A stretch of 64,000 nt of DNA from assembly GCA_947371275.1 (NCBI GenBank), contig CANBOV010000003.1, positions 2,027-66,026 on the forward strand, read 5' to 3'. The notes beneath the pieces were generated by a model. The model ran no database searches and was not told where the DNA came from. It saw only the letters and a list, made by a program, of their open reading frames with translations. The stretch's first letter is position 1, and every line of letters starts with the position of its first letter. Origin of the DNA: Flavobacteriaceae bacterium. Its GTDB lineage: Bacteria > Bacteroidota > Bacteroidia > Flavobacteriales > Flavobacteriaceae. The translations under genes and the position numbers were made by a program. Shown here piece by piece: positions 63,831 to 64,000 of this stretch.

Positions 63831-63872
63831 ATATAGTACTGATATAGTACTGACATAGTACTGATATAGTAC
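63831..63872. repeat. 11-bp tandem repeat ATATAGTACTG, about 3.8 copies
   Basis: atatagtactg atatagtactg acatagtactg atatagtac. Confidence 0.9.
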
Positions 63873-64000
63873 GTTTCATTTATTAGACAAAGCTGAACGC
63901 AAAGGGTTTAATCTTGTTACCAAATAATGTTAGGTCCTGCATAATATAAGTCAATCCAAATCCTCTCTTTCGCATGTCAAATTTCCACTGTATCTTTGTG

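Noticed and set aside
63831-63872. Possible CRISPR array
   Set aside because: 11-bp head-to-tail units with no spacers and no cas genes

Overview
AT-rich chromosomal window from a Bacteroidota genome, most likely Flavobacterium (TAnnTTTG promoters, T9SS C-terminal domains, protein composition). It is mostly housekeeping: thrABC, hutH, rimK, clpC, gyrA, lpdA, truA, rho, dnaK, glutaminyl cyclase, SRP RNA, fsa/tal, an ABC-F ATPase, pyrR-pyrB, kup, an ECF sigma cluster and a SulA/CapB-like sulfonolipid enzyme. No rRNA, tRNA, transposase, integrase or CRISPR array was seen. The best candidate for an undescribed system is a tight four-gene minus-strand operon at 34689-37212. It encodes an Lgt (diacylglyceryl transferase) paralogue, a Tes/GDGT-MAS (MJ0619)-like radical SAM enzyme, and two paralogous ~60-aa two-helix peptides ending in a lipobox-like IGFG[S/T]C motif. 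This suggests a ribosomally encoded lipopeptide pathway with radical-SAM lipid tailoring; the function is inference. Other points of note: a Thr-rich leader peptide missing from the ORF track with no classical attenuator terminator, a stand-alone AprA-MT1-like methyltransferase, an Asn/Gly-rich insert in Rho, a terminator inside a lipoprotein signal-peptide coding region, and 11-bp tandem repeats upstream of a hypothetical gene. All family assignments are from motif recognition by eye; no database search was run.
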